From: an uncultured Erysipelotrichaceae bacterium
GTDB lineage: Bacteria > Bacillota_I > Bacilli_A > Erysipelotrichales > Erysipelotrichaceae
Assembly (NCBI GenBank): GCA_902775735.1
Contig: CACYNH010000002.1
Span: 35,669-99,668 of the forward strand
Direction: 5' to 3'
Length of the DNA: 64,000 bases
Shown here: piece by piece, positions 11,412 to 20,812 of the stretch
Layout of the letters: every line of letters starts with the position of its first letter
How positions within the stretch are numbered: the first letter of the stretch is position 1
Position numbers and translations under genes: made by a program
The notes under the pieces: generated by a model
Told to the model about the DNA's origin: nothing
Database searches by the model: none
Seen by the model: the letters and a program-made list of their open reading frames with translations, nothing else

Positions 11412-12113
11412 ATGAGCTATATCGAATTCAGAAATGTGACCAAAACCTATCATCAGGGCGAAGTGGATATCCATGCCCTCAGCGATATCAGTTTTGAGGC
11501 TGAAAAGGGTGAGATCGTGATCATCGCCGGCGCCTCGGGAGCGGGCAAGTCCACCGTGCTCAACATTCTGGGCGGAATGGACACCTGCACTTCAGGCACA
11601 ATCACGGTCGATGGCGAAAGGGTGGATCAGATGGATGAAAGAACCCTGACCGACTACCGCCGTTTTGATATCGGCTTTGTCTTCCAGTTCTACAACCTTG
11701 TGCAGAACCTGACCGCCCTGGAAAACGTCGAGCTCGCCGTTGAAATCTGCAAAGATCCCCTGGATCCTGCCGAAACGATGGAAAGAGTCGGCCTCGGCGA
11801 AAGAATGCACAACTTTCCTTCCCAGCTTTCCGGCGGCGAACAGCAGCGAGTCGCGATCGCGCGCGCCCTTGCTAAAAACCCCAAGCTTCTTTTATGCGAC
11901 GAGCCGACCGGCGCTCTTGACTATGTGACCGGCAAGCAAATTCTCAAACTTTTACAGGAGACCTCCCGCACCCATGGCATGACGGTTGTGATCATCACCC
12001 ACAACCTGGCGATCACGCCGATGGGCGACCGGATCATCCGCATCAAAAGCGGCCGTGTGATTGAAAACAGAATCAATCCCGAACCGCAGAATATCGATAC
12101 AATCGAGTGGTAA
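11412..12113 (+). CDS. ABC transporter ATP-binding protein (MacB/LolD type)
   Basis: Walker [37 protein letters not shown]; AAGGAAG before ATG 11412. Confidence 0.93.
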   Translation: MSYIEFRNVTKTYHQGEVDIHALSDISFEAEKGEIVIIAGASGAGKSTVLNILGGMDTCTSGTITVDGERVDQMDERTLTDYRRFDIGFVFQFYNLVQNLTALENVELAVEICKDPLDPAETMERVGLGERMHNFPSQLSGGEQQRVAIARALAKNPKLLLCDEPTGALDYVTGKQILKLLQETSRTHGMTVVIITHNLAITPMGDRIIRIKSGRVIENRINPEPQNIDTIEW

Positions 12114-12115
12114 GA

Positions 12116-15100
12116 ATGAACAGAACACTGATCAAAAGTCTCATCCGCCTCATCCGCACCTCACTCTCACGCTTTCTCGCCGTTTTCGCGATCGTGACCA
12201 TCGGTGTGGCTTTTTTCACGGGTGTGGCCGGGACTGCCGATATCATGTCTGTTTCCGTTGACCGCTACAGCGATGAAACAAATCTCAAGGATATTACCGT
12301 TTACTCCAATTACGGCTTTGACGATGATGATGTCAAAGCGGTGGAAGACATTGAGGAAGTCAAGAAAGCGCAGGGCGCCAAATTCACCGATGTCATCGGC
12401 ATCCATGAAAACGACTCCTGGGTGACAAGAATCCACAGCCTTCCCGAAGAAGATTCCATCAACAATTTCGTTCTTGTCTCCGGAAGATACCCGGAAAACG
12501 AACATGAAGCCCTGGCCGAAAACGGATCCGAACTCGAACCCGGTTTCACGCTCGGCGAAAGAATTGACGTCATTCTTCCCGACGGCTCAAAGAATGAGGA
12601 TATTGTCAGTGATTACTTCATCATCACCGGCACAGTCGATACGCCTCTCTATCTCAATGAAATCAAGGAAAACAGCACGCTTTCCAATCAGTATATCCGC
12701 ACGTATCTTTATGTGAATGAAGATGTCTTCACAACCGACTATTACACAGAACTCAATGTCCTTTCAAAGAACGGCAAACCCTATAACAGCTTCACAAAAC
12801 CATACGAAACCTATTCCAAAGAATTAAAAGAAACCATCAAAACCCTCGCCCTTACCCAGGCCGACGCCAGAAGAAATAAAATACGCGATGACGCCTTGGC
12901 TGAATACGAAAAGGGCATACAGGAATACCGGGACGGGGAAGAAGAATACAGAAACGGCATCAGAGAAGCGGAAGAAGAAATCGCGGACGGTGAAAAACAG
13001 ATTTCCGACGGCGAAGCGGAAATTGCCGAAGGCGCAAAACAGCTTGAGGAGGCGGAAAACGAACTCAACCGTCAGGTCGCAGACGCGCAGAAACAGCTGG
13101 CTGACGCCGCAAGTCTTTTAGCCGATAACTCCCGCACCCTGGCGCAGAAGAAAGCGGAATTCGAAGCGCAGAAGAAAGATCTTCTCAAAACAGTCAGTGA
13201 CCTTCAGAATGCCATCAGTCAGCTCAAAGAGGCGAAAGACGGCCTCAGGCAGATTGATGAAGGGCTTGTGCAGATCGATGAAGGACTCAGTGAACTGAAC
13301 GATCCCAAAACTGCTTTATTGATCGATCTGTTAAGACAGGCCGATCCCGAAATGACCCTTGATGATCTCAAGCAGCTGGCCGGCAGCCTCAATGATCTGG
13401 CATCAGAGATCAGAGAACGCTTTCCGGAAACGGAAGAGATCACCGCTGAACAGATCAATGATCTGATCCATGAACTGGAAAGTCAGTTTGACACGGATTC
13501 AGCACTGCTGAACAGTGAGGAAACCGTGCTGCTGATTGAATCACTCTCACAGCTGGACCCGGATACACCGCTTTCAGAAGCGGAAGGAACTCAGGAGCTC
13601 ACAGCACTTCTTACAAAATGGAATCCGCTGCAATCCTTTGAAACCGTTTCTGATCTTTTAACCGCATACGAAAACACGCAGTCTCTTTTTGACCGTCTCA
13701 ATGACCTGAAGCAGACGGACGCCTATGTACGGGTCAGGGAAATCATTGATTCGCTTGATCCTGCAAAGCCGATCACTGAGATCTTCTCTTTTGACATTGA
13801 GGGAATGGATGAAACGGTCCGGAAGCTGGAAGAGAATACCGGCACAAAGATCAATACCGTCGGGGATCTACTGAACTCGTATGATGAGCTGAAGGAAACA
13901 CTGGAAAAAACAAAGAAAGAACTGCTCGATACAAGAAAGAGTATTACAGACGATTTAAATGAGCAGGGCGTCAGGGAAGACGGGATTGACGCGAAAATCA
14001 AAGAACTGGAGGATCTGATCCGGACCATCCAGAACGGTCTTGCGGAAGGCGAGAAAGCCTTAACGGATGGCGAAGCGCAGCTGAACGACGGCTGGGCGCA
14101 ATTGGCAAAAGGTCAAAGAGACCTCGATATCCTTTCCGCCGACGGCCGGGCGCAGATCGCCGAAGGACAGAGAAAACTCATCGATTCCCAAAACCAGATC
14201 AATGACGCGATAAAGAAACTGGAAGAGGGCAGAAAAGAACTGGCCGATGCCAGAAAAGAAGGCGCGGATAAGCTGGCAGACGCCAAAGCCAAACTTGATG
14301 AGGCAAAAGAACAGATCGACTCTCTTGAACACGGCACATGGACCGTGCTTGACAGAGCCTCCCATTACGCTTCCGCCACCTACCATCAGACCGTTGATCA
14401 GATGCGCGCCATCGGCAATGTCTTCCCGCTCTTCTTCATTCTGGTCGCGGCCCTTGTCTGTCTGACCACGATGACAAGAATGGTGTCTGAACAAAGAGGG
14501 GAAACAGGCGTCTTAAGAGCCCTTGGCTATTCAAAGCTGCAGTGCGCCTCCAAATATCTGATCTATGCCTTAAGCGCGACATTGCTTGGCTGTATTGCCG
14601 GCAGTGTGATCGGCATGCATACATTCCCGCCGATCATCTACCATGTCTGGCGGATGATGTATATCCTGCCGGACATTGTCTTAACCCCGCCATGGAAACT
14701 GATCATCATCGCCACACTTTCCTTTATGGCCGCGATGGGGGCAGTGACATGGACCGTCCTGCGCTCTGACATGCAGGAAGTGCCTGCCCAGCTGTTAAGA
14801 CCCAAAGCCGCCAAAAGCGGACGCAGCGCCCTGATCGAAAGAATCGGCTTTGTCTGGAAGAAGCTGTCCTTCACGTGGAAAGTGACGATGCGCAATATCT
14901 TCCGCTACCGCAGAAGGTTCATCATGACGATCCTCGGCGTTGCCGGCTGCGGGGCATTAATGGTCACCGGTTTCGGCATCCGCGACTCCATCAATGACAT
15001 GGTGGATCTGCAGTTCTTCGATATCCTGCGCTTTGACGGATCAGCTTCTTTGAATGATGAGGCTTCCGAAGAAGAGATCGCTTCCCTCAGAACAAAGCTG

Positions 15101-16015
15101 CTGAAGCGGGATGATGTTTCATCCGTCACGGACGTCTATGCCTACAGCGCCCTGGCAAGCGACAATGAACAAAGCGGGCTTGACGAAACGGTCAGCGTTC
15201 AGATCTTCAATGAACCGGAAGAAATCGAAAAAGCCTATGACCTCAGAACAAGAACGGGTCATGAAAAGATCGCGCTGAACGATGACGGGATTGTCATTTC
15301 CGAAAAACTTGCCGAAAACCTTTCCCTGAAAAAGGGCGATACCTTCTTAATGGAAGATGAAAAGGGAAGCAGGAAAAGCGTAAAGATCGCGGATATATGC
15401 GAAATGTATATCCAGCATCAGGCATTCATGACAAAGGCATACTATGAATCGCTGACCGGGGAATCTCCTTCAAAAAGAGCTCTCTTTATCACCGGCAGTG
15501 AGGAATATGAAGACCTCAAAGACCTGCAGGCCGATCTTATGGAAGAGGAGCTTGTCAGCGGGATCAGTTTCTATGATGAAACACTGAACAACTTTTCGAC
15601 CATGGTCAAAAGCCTTGATCTGATTGTGTGGACCCTGATCATTTCCTCCATGGCGCTTGCCTTTGTGGTATTGGGCAACCTGATCCATATCAACGTGGCC
15701 GAACGGCAGAGGGAAATCGCGACTCTCAAGGTTCTCGGTTTCAGAAGAAAAGAAGTGCAGTCCTACATCTTCAAGGAAAACAATATCCTGACCATCCTGG
15801 GATCACTGGCCGGGCTTCCGCTTGGAAATCTCTTGCACCACTACATCATGGGCTGCATTGAAATGGACTATGTCATGTTCGGCAGAAATGTCAGTCTCAT
15901 GAGCTTCGTGATTTCCGCGGCCTTAACAATCGGGTTCGGCATGCTGGTGAATCTGGCGATGGTCAGAACACTGGATTCAATCAAAATGGTGGAAAGCCTG
16001 AAGAGTGTGGAATGA
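12116..16015 (+). CDS. Large FtsX-like/MacB-type ABC permease with extracellular coiled coil
   Basis: Two FtsX-like TM blocks (FPLFFILVAALVCLTTMTRMVSEQR; NVAERQREIATLKVLGF) and a long heptad region. Confidence 0.9.
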   Translation: MNRTLIKSLIRLIRTSLSRFLAVFAIVTIGVAFFTGVAGTADIMSVSVDRYSDETNLKDITVYSNYGFDDDDVKAVEDIEEVKKAQGAKFTDVIGIHENDSWVTRIHSLPEEDSINNFVLVSGRYPENEHEALAENGSELEPGFTLGERIDVILPDGSKNEDIVSDYFIITGTVDTPLYLNEIKENSTLSNQYIRTYLYVNEDVFTTDYYTELNVLSKNGKPYNSFTKPYETYSKELKETIKTLALTQADARRNKIRDDALAEYEKGIQEYRDGEEEYRNGIREAEEEIADGEKQISDGEAEIAEGAKQLEEAENELNRQVADAQKQLADAASLLADNSRTLAQKKAEFEAQKKDLLKTVSDLQNAISQLKEAKDGLRQIDEGLVQIDEGLSELNDPKTALLIDLLRQADPEMTLDDLKQLAGSLNDLASEIRERFPETEEITAEQINDLIHELESQFDTDSALLNSEETVLLIESLSQLDPDTPLSEAEGTQELTALLTKWNPLQSFETVSDLLTAYENTQSLFDRLNDLKQTDAYVRVREIIDSLDPAKPITEIFSFDIEGMDETVRKLEENTGTKINTVGDLLNSYDELKETLEKTKKELLDTRKSITDDLNEQGVREDGIDAKIKELEDLIRTIQNGLAEGEKALTDGEAQLNDGWAQLAKGQRDLDILSADGRAQIAEGQRKLIDSQNQINDAIKKLEEGRKELADARKEGADKLADAKAKLDEAKEQIDSLEHGTWTVLDRASHYASATYHQTVDQMRAIGNVFPLFFILVAALVCLTTMTRMVSEQRGETGVLRALGYSKLQCASKYLIYALSATLLGCIAGSVIGMHTFPPIIYHVWRMMYILPDIVLTPPWKLIIIATLSFMAAMGAVTWTVLRSDMQEVPAQLLRPKAAKSGRSALIERIGFVWKKLSFTWKVTMRNIFRYRRRFIMTILGVAGCGALMVTGFGIRDSINDMVDLQFFDILRFDGSASLNDEASEEEIASLRTKLLKRDDVSSVTDVYAYSALASDNEQSGLDETVSVQIFNEPEEIEKAYDLRTRTGHEKIALNDDGIVISEKLAENLSLKKGDTFLMEDEKGSRKSVKIADICEMYIQHQAFMTKAYYESLTGESPSKRALFITGSEEYEDLKDLQADLMEEELVSGISFYDETLNNFSTMVKSLDLIVWTLIISSMALAFVVLGNLIHINVAERQREIATLKVLGFRRKEVQSYIFKENNILTILGSLAGLPLGNLLHHYIMGCIEMDYVMFGRNVSLMSFVISAALTIGFGMLVNLAMVRTLDSIKMVESLKSVE

Positions 16016-16275
16016 ATTACGTATACATCCTTGAGTGTTCCGACGGCTCCTGGTATACCGGCTGGACAAACAACATCTATAAAAGATATAAAGCTCATCA
16101 GAGCGGACACGGCGCAAAGTACACCCGTTCCCATTACCCGATGCGGATCATCCATCTTGAAACGTATGAAGACGCCACCGAGGCAAGAAAGCGGGAATAC
16201 GCGATCAAGCATATGAGCCGGAAAGAAAAAGAGAAGCTTGTGTCAGGACAATTGAAAAAAGAGGAAAACTTGTAG
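16012..16275 (+). CDS. GIY-YIG nuclease family protein (UPF0213/YazA-like)
   Basis: YVYILECSDGSWYTGWTN, GAKYTR, ARKREYAIK; ATGA overlap with the permease stop. Confidence 0.9.
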   Translation: MNYVYILECSDGSWYTGWTNNIYKRYKAHQSGHGAKYTRSHYPMRIIHLETYEDATEARKREYAIKHMSRKEKEKLVSGQLKKEENL

Positions 16276-16304
16276 ATAATGAAGGCAGGAGGATAATTAT
16301 CATT

Positions 16305-16682
16305 ATGAGCAACTTAAAAGTAGTCCGCTGCGAAGCCTGCGGCAAAATGGCAGTGATCCTGAAGGATTCCGCATGCCCGACAAAGTGCTGCGGTGAAGCG
16401 ATGACAGTTCTGAGCGCCAACACAACAGACGCCGCCCAGGAAAAGCACGTTCCCTGCGTCACAAGAGAAGGCAACAAGATTACCGTCACAGTCGGTTCCG
16501 TCGAACATCCGATGGTGGAAGCCCACTACATCGAATGGATCGCCCTGGAAACAGCCAAGGGATTCAGAATTGCCTATCTGGAACCGGGTGAAAAGCCTGC
16601 CGCTGATTTCTACGCAGAAGAGCCGGTCATTGCCGTATACGCATACTGCAATCTGCACGGTCTCTGGAAGACAGAAGCATAA
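16305..16682 (+). CDS. dfx: Desulfoferrodoxin / 2Fe superoxide reductase
   Basis: CEACG...CCG desulforedoxin site, EKHVP, HPM..H, CNLHG. Confidence 0.92.
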   Translation: MSNLKVVRCEACGKMAVILKDSACPTKCCGEAMTVLSANTTDAAQEKHVPCVTREGNKITVTVGSVEHPMVEAHYIEWIALETAKGFRIAYLEPGEKPAADFYAEEPVIAVYAYCNLHGLWKTEA

Positions 16683-16689
16683 TTCACAT

Positions 16690-16713
16690 GAGGAGGACCT
16701 GCGGGTCCTTTTC
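16690..16713 (+). terminator. Putative terminator after dfx
   Basis: GAGGACC-TGCG-GGTCCTT followed by TTC. Confidence 0.55.
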
Positions 16714-16835
16714 AATTTGCACATACGGTGCACGCGATTTGATGGAAACGGTAACCGTTTTTTTAATTTGTTTTATAATAGTGTGTGAAGATTGGACAAT
16801 ACTACTGCATTCTTTTACTTTGTGAAGGAGACGAA

Positions 16836-17960
16836 ATGAAAAAGATCATAATTCTTATTCTTGCGTGTATGACGGCTGCCTGTTCTGCCGCAAATGAAAT
16901 AAGCAGCGATACGATTGACCCGGCCGAACAGAATACTTTTGTGGCGGGCTGGTATGCAAATTACAAAGACGGACTGTTTTATGTTGATACGAATGATTAC
17001 AGCCTTAATTATCTCGATCAGCTTGACAGTAAAGTTTATGTCACTGACATGCGGTATTGTGATGATTATCCTTACAGTCAGAAGCAGAAATATGAGAATT
17101 ACACGGACAGTCTTGCGGGAGCTGATCTTTATGTTTATGACAATCAGATTTTCTACACGGCCAGCTATGAGAATGCGGAAGGGGCTTCTTCATTTAAACT
17201 GTACAGTTTAAGTGTTGACGGCAAAGAACGTAAAGAGATCATGGAATTCCAATATGATCCCACTTATTTCATCATCCAGATTAATCTGCTCTTTACTGTT
17301 GAAACAGTATCGTCTGCTGAATCTCTGATCCATGCATACCGGATCGGCCAAAAAGAATTAAAAACAATCACTGTACCGGGTATCGCGCATCATTTATTCG
17401 CTGACGGCCAGACCATTTACTTTTCGTCCGACAATACCGAAACCGGCGCTTCAACTGCCTATGAAATCGACACCGAAGACTTAGCCTGTGAAGCTTTGCT
17501 GGGAGGCAAAGATTTCAGCTTCGTTTTCGAAAATGAGAAGAAAATGTCTTACTATACTCTGAACCACAAGTTTACGGACAGCGTGAAAACAGATGACATT
17601 GTCTTTTCGTCGAAGATATATGATTTCACAGCAGACAGCGATGTATTCGCTGTACAGGATGAAATCATCAATTACTTTGATGCGGATTACATTTACACAT
17701 CCACACTGAAAGAAGAAGCGATGACGTATCACATTTATGACTGGGACGGAAATATGGTCAGAGAAATCACGCCTTCAAAAGACATCGGCTCATCGCCTCT
17801 GATTGTTTCTCTGTTCGGGAAAACCGACGCCTCCCAGATCGTCCGGATCATTGATAAAAAGATCATCGGATATACCATGGATGATTTGAATATTCAGCAT
17901 TTTTTCGCCTGTGATATTGAATCAGGCGGATGCAGAGTCATAGGTGAGCAGAATGGCTGA
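16836..17960 (+). CDS. Lipoprotein, probable beta-propeller (DUF5050-like, tentative)
   Basis: MKKIIILILACMTAAC lipobox; AAGGAG RBS; aromatic-rich beta-strand repeats (LYVYDNQIFY, LFADGQTIYF). Confidence 0.75.
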   Translation: MKKIIILILACMTAACSAANEISSDTIDPAEQNTFVAGWYANYKDGLFYVDTNDYSLNYLDQLDSKVYVTDMRYCDDYPYSQKQKYENYTDSLAGADLYVYDNQIFYTASYENAEGASSFKLYSLSVDGKERKEIMEFQYDPTYFIIQINLLFTVETVSSAESLIHAYRIGQKELKTITVPGIAHHLFADGQTIYFSSDNTETGASTAYEIDTEDLACEALLGGKDFSFVFENEKKMSYYTLNHKFTDSVKTDDIVFSSKIYDFTADSDVFAVQDEIINYFDADYIYTSTLKEEAMTYHIYDWDGNMVREITPSKDIGSSPLIVSLFGKTDASQIVRIIDKKIIGYTMDDLNIQHFFACDIESGGCRVIGEQNG

Positions 17961-18795
17961 TTCTCTGGTTCTTGAAAACATCGTCAAAATGTACGGGACT
18001 GTAACCGCCCTTGATCATATTTCTTTTACGCTGCAGCCGGGAATCTATGGTCTGCTTGGAGAAAACGGCGCCGGCAAGTCGACTCTTCTGAATATCATCA
18101 CAACGATTCTCACTCCCGATTCAGGGTCACTGTACTGGAACGGAAAGGCGGTTTCCAAAGAGGATTCCGGCTACCGCTCAATTCTGGGCTATATGCCCCA
18201 GCAGCAGACATTGACTGCTGATTTCACTGTTACCGGCTTTCTTTTCTACATTGCCGCACTGAAAAAAGTGGACAATCCCGAGAAGGCTGTCAGTGATGCG
18301 CTGCATTCTCTGCACCTGTATGAGCACAGAAAGAAAAAACTGAAGTCTTTATCCGGAGGGATGCGTCAGCGTGTTTTGATTGCCCAGGCGTTATTGAATC
18401 AGCCGCAGCTGATTCTTCTGGATGAGCCGACGGCAGGTCTGGATCCGGTGGAAAGAATGAATCTCAGGAAAGTGATCGCACAGCTTGGCACCGAAAGGAT
18501 TGTGCTGCTTGCGACCCACATGACTTCAGACGTTGAATATATCGCCGAAAAGATCATGATTCTTAAAAAGGGAAAGCTGCTGACCCTCTCATCCCAGACG
18601 GAGCTTCTGGAGGGCACAAAGGTTTTCGAAACACCGGAAAACATAGAGAAGTTCAAGGCAATTGATCCGGATCTCAAAGCCGTGAACAGCCATTACAAAA
18701 ACGGTCAGATCTGTACCCGTTTTATTTCGAAGGCTGATTTCGATACGCGTGTGGATACTACGCTGGATGATGTTTATCTGGACTGGCTTGGATAA
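17953..18795 (+). CDS. ABC transporter ATP-binding protein (ABC-2/multidrug type)
   Basis: GENGAGKS, LSGGMRQR, LDEPTAGLDP, LATH. Confidence 0.93.
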   Translation: MADSLVLENIVKMYGTVTALDHISFTLQPGIYGLLGENGAGKSTLLNIITTILTPDSGSLYWNGKAVSKEDSGYRSILGYMPQQQTLTADFTVTGFLFYIAALKKVDNPEKAVSDALHSLHLYEHRKKKLKSLSGGMRQRVLIAQALLNQPQLILLDEPTAGLDPVERMNLRKVIAQLGTERIVLLATHMTSDVEYIAEKIMILKKGKLLTLSSQTELLEGTKVFETPENIEKFKAIDPDLKAVNSHYKNGQICTRFISKADFDTRVDTTLDDVYLDWLG

Positions 18796-18796
18796 T

Positions 18797-20635
18797 ATGC
18801 TGAAAAGTGAGTTTAAAAGGATCTGCGGCACAGCTTCCATAAGATGGCTGCTCTGCGGAATGTTTGTTTTTCAGGCTGTATACAGTCTTCTGATCTGTCA
18901 TACGGACAGAATCATGGGACTTATAAATGCTGAACAGATTTCCGTACAGCAGCAGGAAGAAGAGGATTATATATACCAGTTTCATGACCGTGTGGAAACT
19001 TTGTATCAGCAGAATCAGACGAAAATGAATTCTGTTCTTTATGAAGACACAGAAAACCAGCTGAGTCTTCAGAAGGAACAGGAAGTCTTATCGCAGCTCA
19101 GGCTTTACCGGCCTGTACAGATCAGCAGTTCAGGACTCGGCATGATAGAAAGAGCCATGCCTGCCTGGTGGCTGGCAGGTTTGCTGTGCAGTGTTATATT
19201 CCTCTATGAGTTCTTCTTTCTTGATGACAGCGATCACCTGTATTCACTGTTCAATACAATGCGGACTTCCCGGTTAAGAAGGGGATGTGCAAAGGTATTC
19301 TGCGGGCTGATCATGCTTTCTGCTGTTTATCTCATCAAAACAGCGAATGATCTTGTGACCGCCGGGATTCCGCTGAACATTCCTGTTCAGAACGCTTACG
19401 GCCATATGTATACAAACACCTCATTAAGTATGACAGGCTATATTTCAGTATTGAATTTACGGCTCTTTGCGGGTACTGGATTCTGCCTGTTTCTGATGAT
19501 GTGTCTTGTTCTGCTGACAAAAAGCTTCAGCATAACAAATATGATTTTCGTACCTTTTCTGTCGGCGGAGTTTCTTTTTTACCGGCTCATCAGCGTCAAT
19601 TCACCGCTGAGAATCCTGAAAGACATCAACATCTTTTCCATCATCACTGTTCCGGAATCGCTTAAAGATTTTCATGTGATTGCTAATACCGCGATGAGCG
19701 GTCTCTGGCTGTCTGTGATCACCGGAATGGTGATTCTTGGGATCTTCATTGTTCTGAATGTCTTTTTCTACTGTCACCGCATGACACTGTTTTCATCTTC
19801 ACGTCCTGCGAAAAGAACAGTCCGCCGCAGAAGCATGACCCGCTTCCATCTGCATTCGGTTATGGCAACACATCATGGACTGCTGATTATCATTTCAATA
19901 TTTATATACTGTATGGCAAACGCGCTGAACTACAGCGCGGTCGGTGATTCTGCTGCCGCGGTATATGAACAGATCCGCTCGGTCTATTACGGTCCGGTCG
20001 ATGAGCAGCTGATCGCAAGGATTCATGAAGATACCGAAAATGCGTACCATGCCCTGGAAAAACTGAAGAGTTACAGCGAATCGTATGAATCCCTGAGCGA
20101 TGAAGAGAGGGAAGAGTACGGCAGGATCTGGGAAGAAGCCTCGAAACACTCATATCTGGTTCAGATCGAAAGCGATATCATGGCTCTCAAAGAAGCTGGA
20201 ATTTCCGTGTATGCAAATCATGACGGCATTTCCTATCTGATCTATAAAGACAATCCCATCAGTCTGATCCAGGACTTACTGCTGGCAGTCATTCCGTTGA
20301 TTGTCATAGCGCTCATTAACTGCGCGGATGTATCAAAGAAAGAAATCAGAAAAGTGTATGTCCCCACAGAAACGGGTATAAAAAAGATCCTGCGCAGCTA
20401 TGAAGTGATTTTCAACCTGACCGGTATTCTGCTTACGCTGACCGTCCAGTCGTTCCGGTATCTGAAGATTTCTTCCGCATATCAGGTATCGTTCACTTCA
20501 TCCGCGCGGGAAGTTCTGCTCATACCTCTAAATATCAATATGGGAATATTCTGCCTGCTGTGTTTCTTTGCGCTGCTTTGTCTGAACTCTGCCGTGATCC
20601 ATGTCATCGTCTGTTATTTCGCTTCAGATCATTGA
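18797..20635 (+). CDS. Multi-pass membrane protein, probable ABC-2-type permease
   Basis: MLKSEFKRI start 1 nt after ATPase stop; two TM blocks each with an extracellular loop. Confidence 0.7.
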   Translation: MLKSEFKRICGTASIRWLLCGMFVFQAVYSLLICHTDRIMGLINAEQISVQQQEEEDYIYQFHDRVETLYQQNQTKMNSVLYEDTENQLSLQKEQEVLSQLRLYRPVQISSSGLGMIERAMPAWWLAGLLCSVIFLYEFFFLDDSDHLYSLFNTMRTSRLRRGCAKVFCGLIMLSAVYLIKTANDLVTAGIPLNIPVQNAYGHMYTNTSLSMTGYISVLNLRLFAGTGFCLFLMMCLVLLTKSFSITNMIFVPFLSAEFLFYRLISVNSPLRILKDINIFSIITVPESLKDFHVIANTAMSGLWLSVITGMVILGIFIVLNVFFYCHRMTLFSSSRPAKRTVRRRSMTRFHLHSVMATHHGLLIIISIFIYCMANALNYSAVGDSAAAVYEQIRSVYYGPVDEQLIARIHEDTENAYHALEKLKSYSESYESLSDEEREEYGRIWEEASKHSYLVQIESDIMALKEAGISVYANHDGISYLIYKDNPISLIQDLLLAVIPLIVIALINCADVSKKEIRKVYVPTETGIKKILRSYEVIFNLTGILLTLTVQSFRYLKISSAYQVSFTSSAREVLLIPLNINMGIFCLLCFFALLCLNSAVIHVIVCYFASDH

Positions 20636-20812
20636 ACGCAATGCATAAAAGCTCTGTTCACTGCCTTATTTCCATGCCTGAGGCCTTTTCATATAGTCAT
20701 CGAAGATTCTCAAACCTTGGAGAGATTTCATTTCCTTTAAATAATGTTTGTGCTAATATAAGTAAGTTGAAATTTTAAGAGAAGACGAAAAGAACTGAGG
20801 AAAAGACGAAAG

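Noticed and set aside
16012-16275. GIY-YIG gene as a homing endonuclease or mobile element
   Set aside because: 87 aa stand-alone UPF0213-type protein; no intron, DNA-binding extension or flanking repeats.
16688-16825. 45 aa Cys-containing ORF as peptide substrate for the downstream ABC cassette
   Set aside because: No RBS or leader motif; overlaps a terminator and promoter region.
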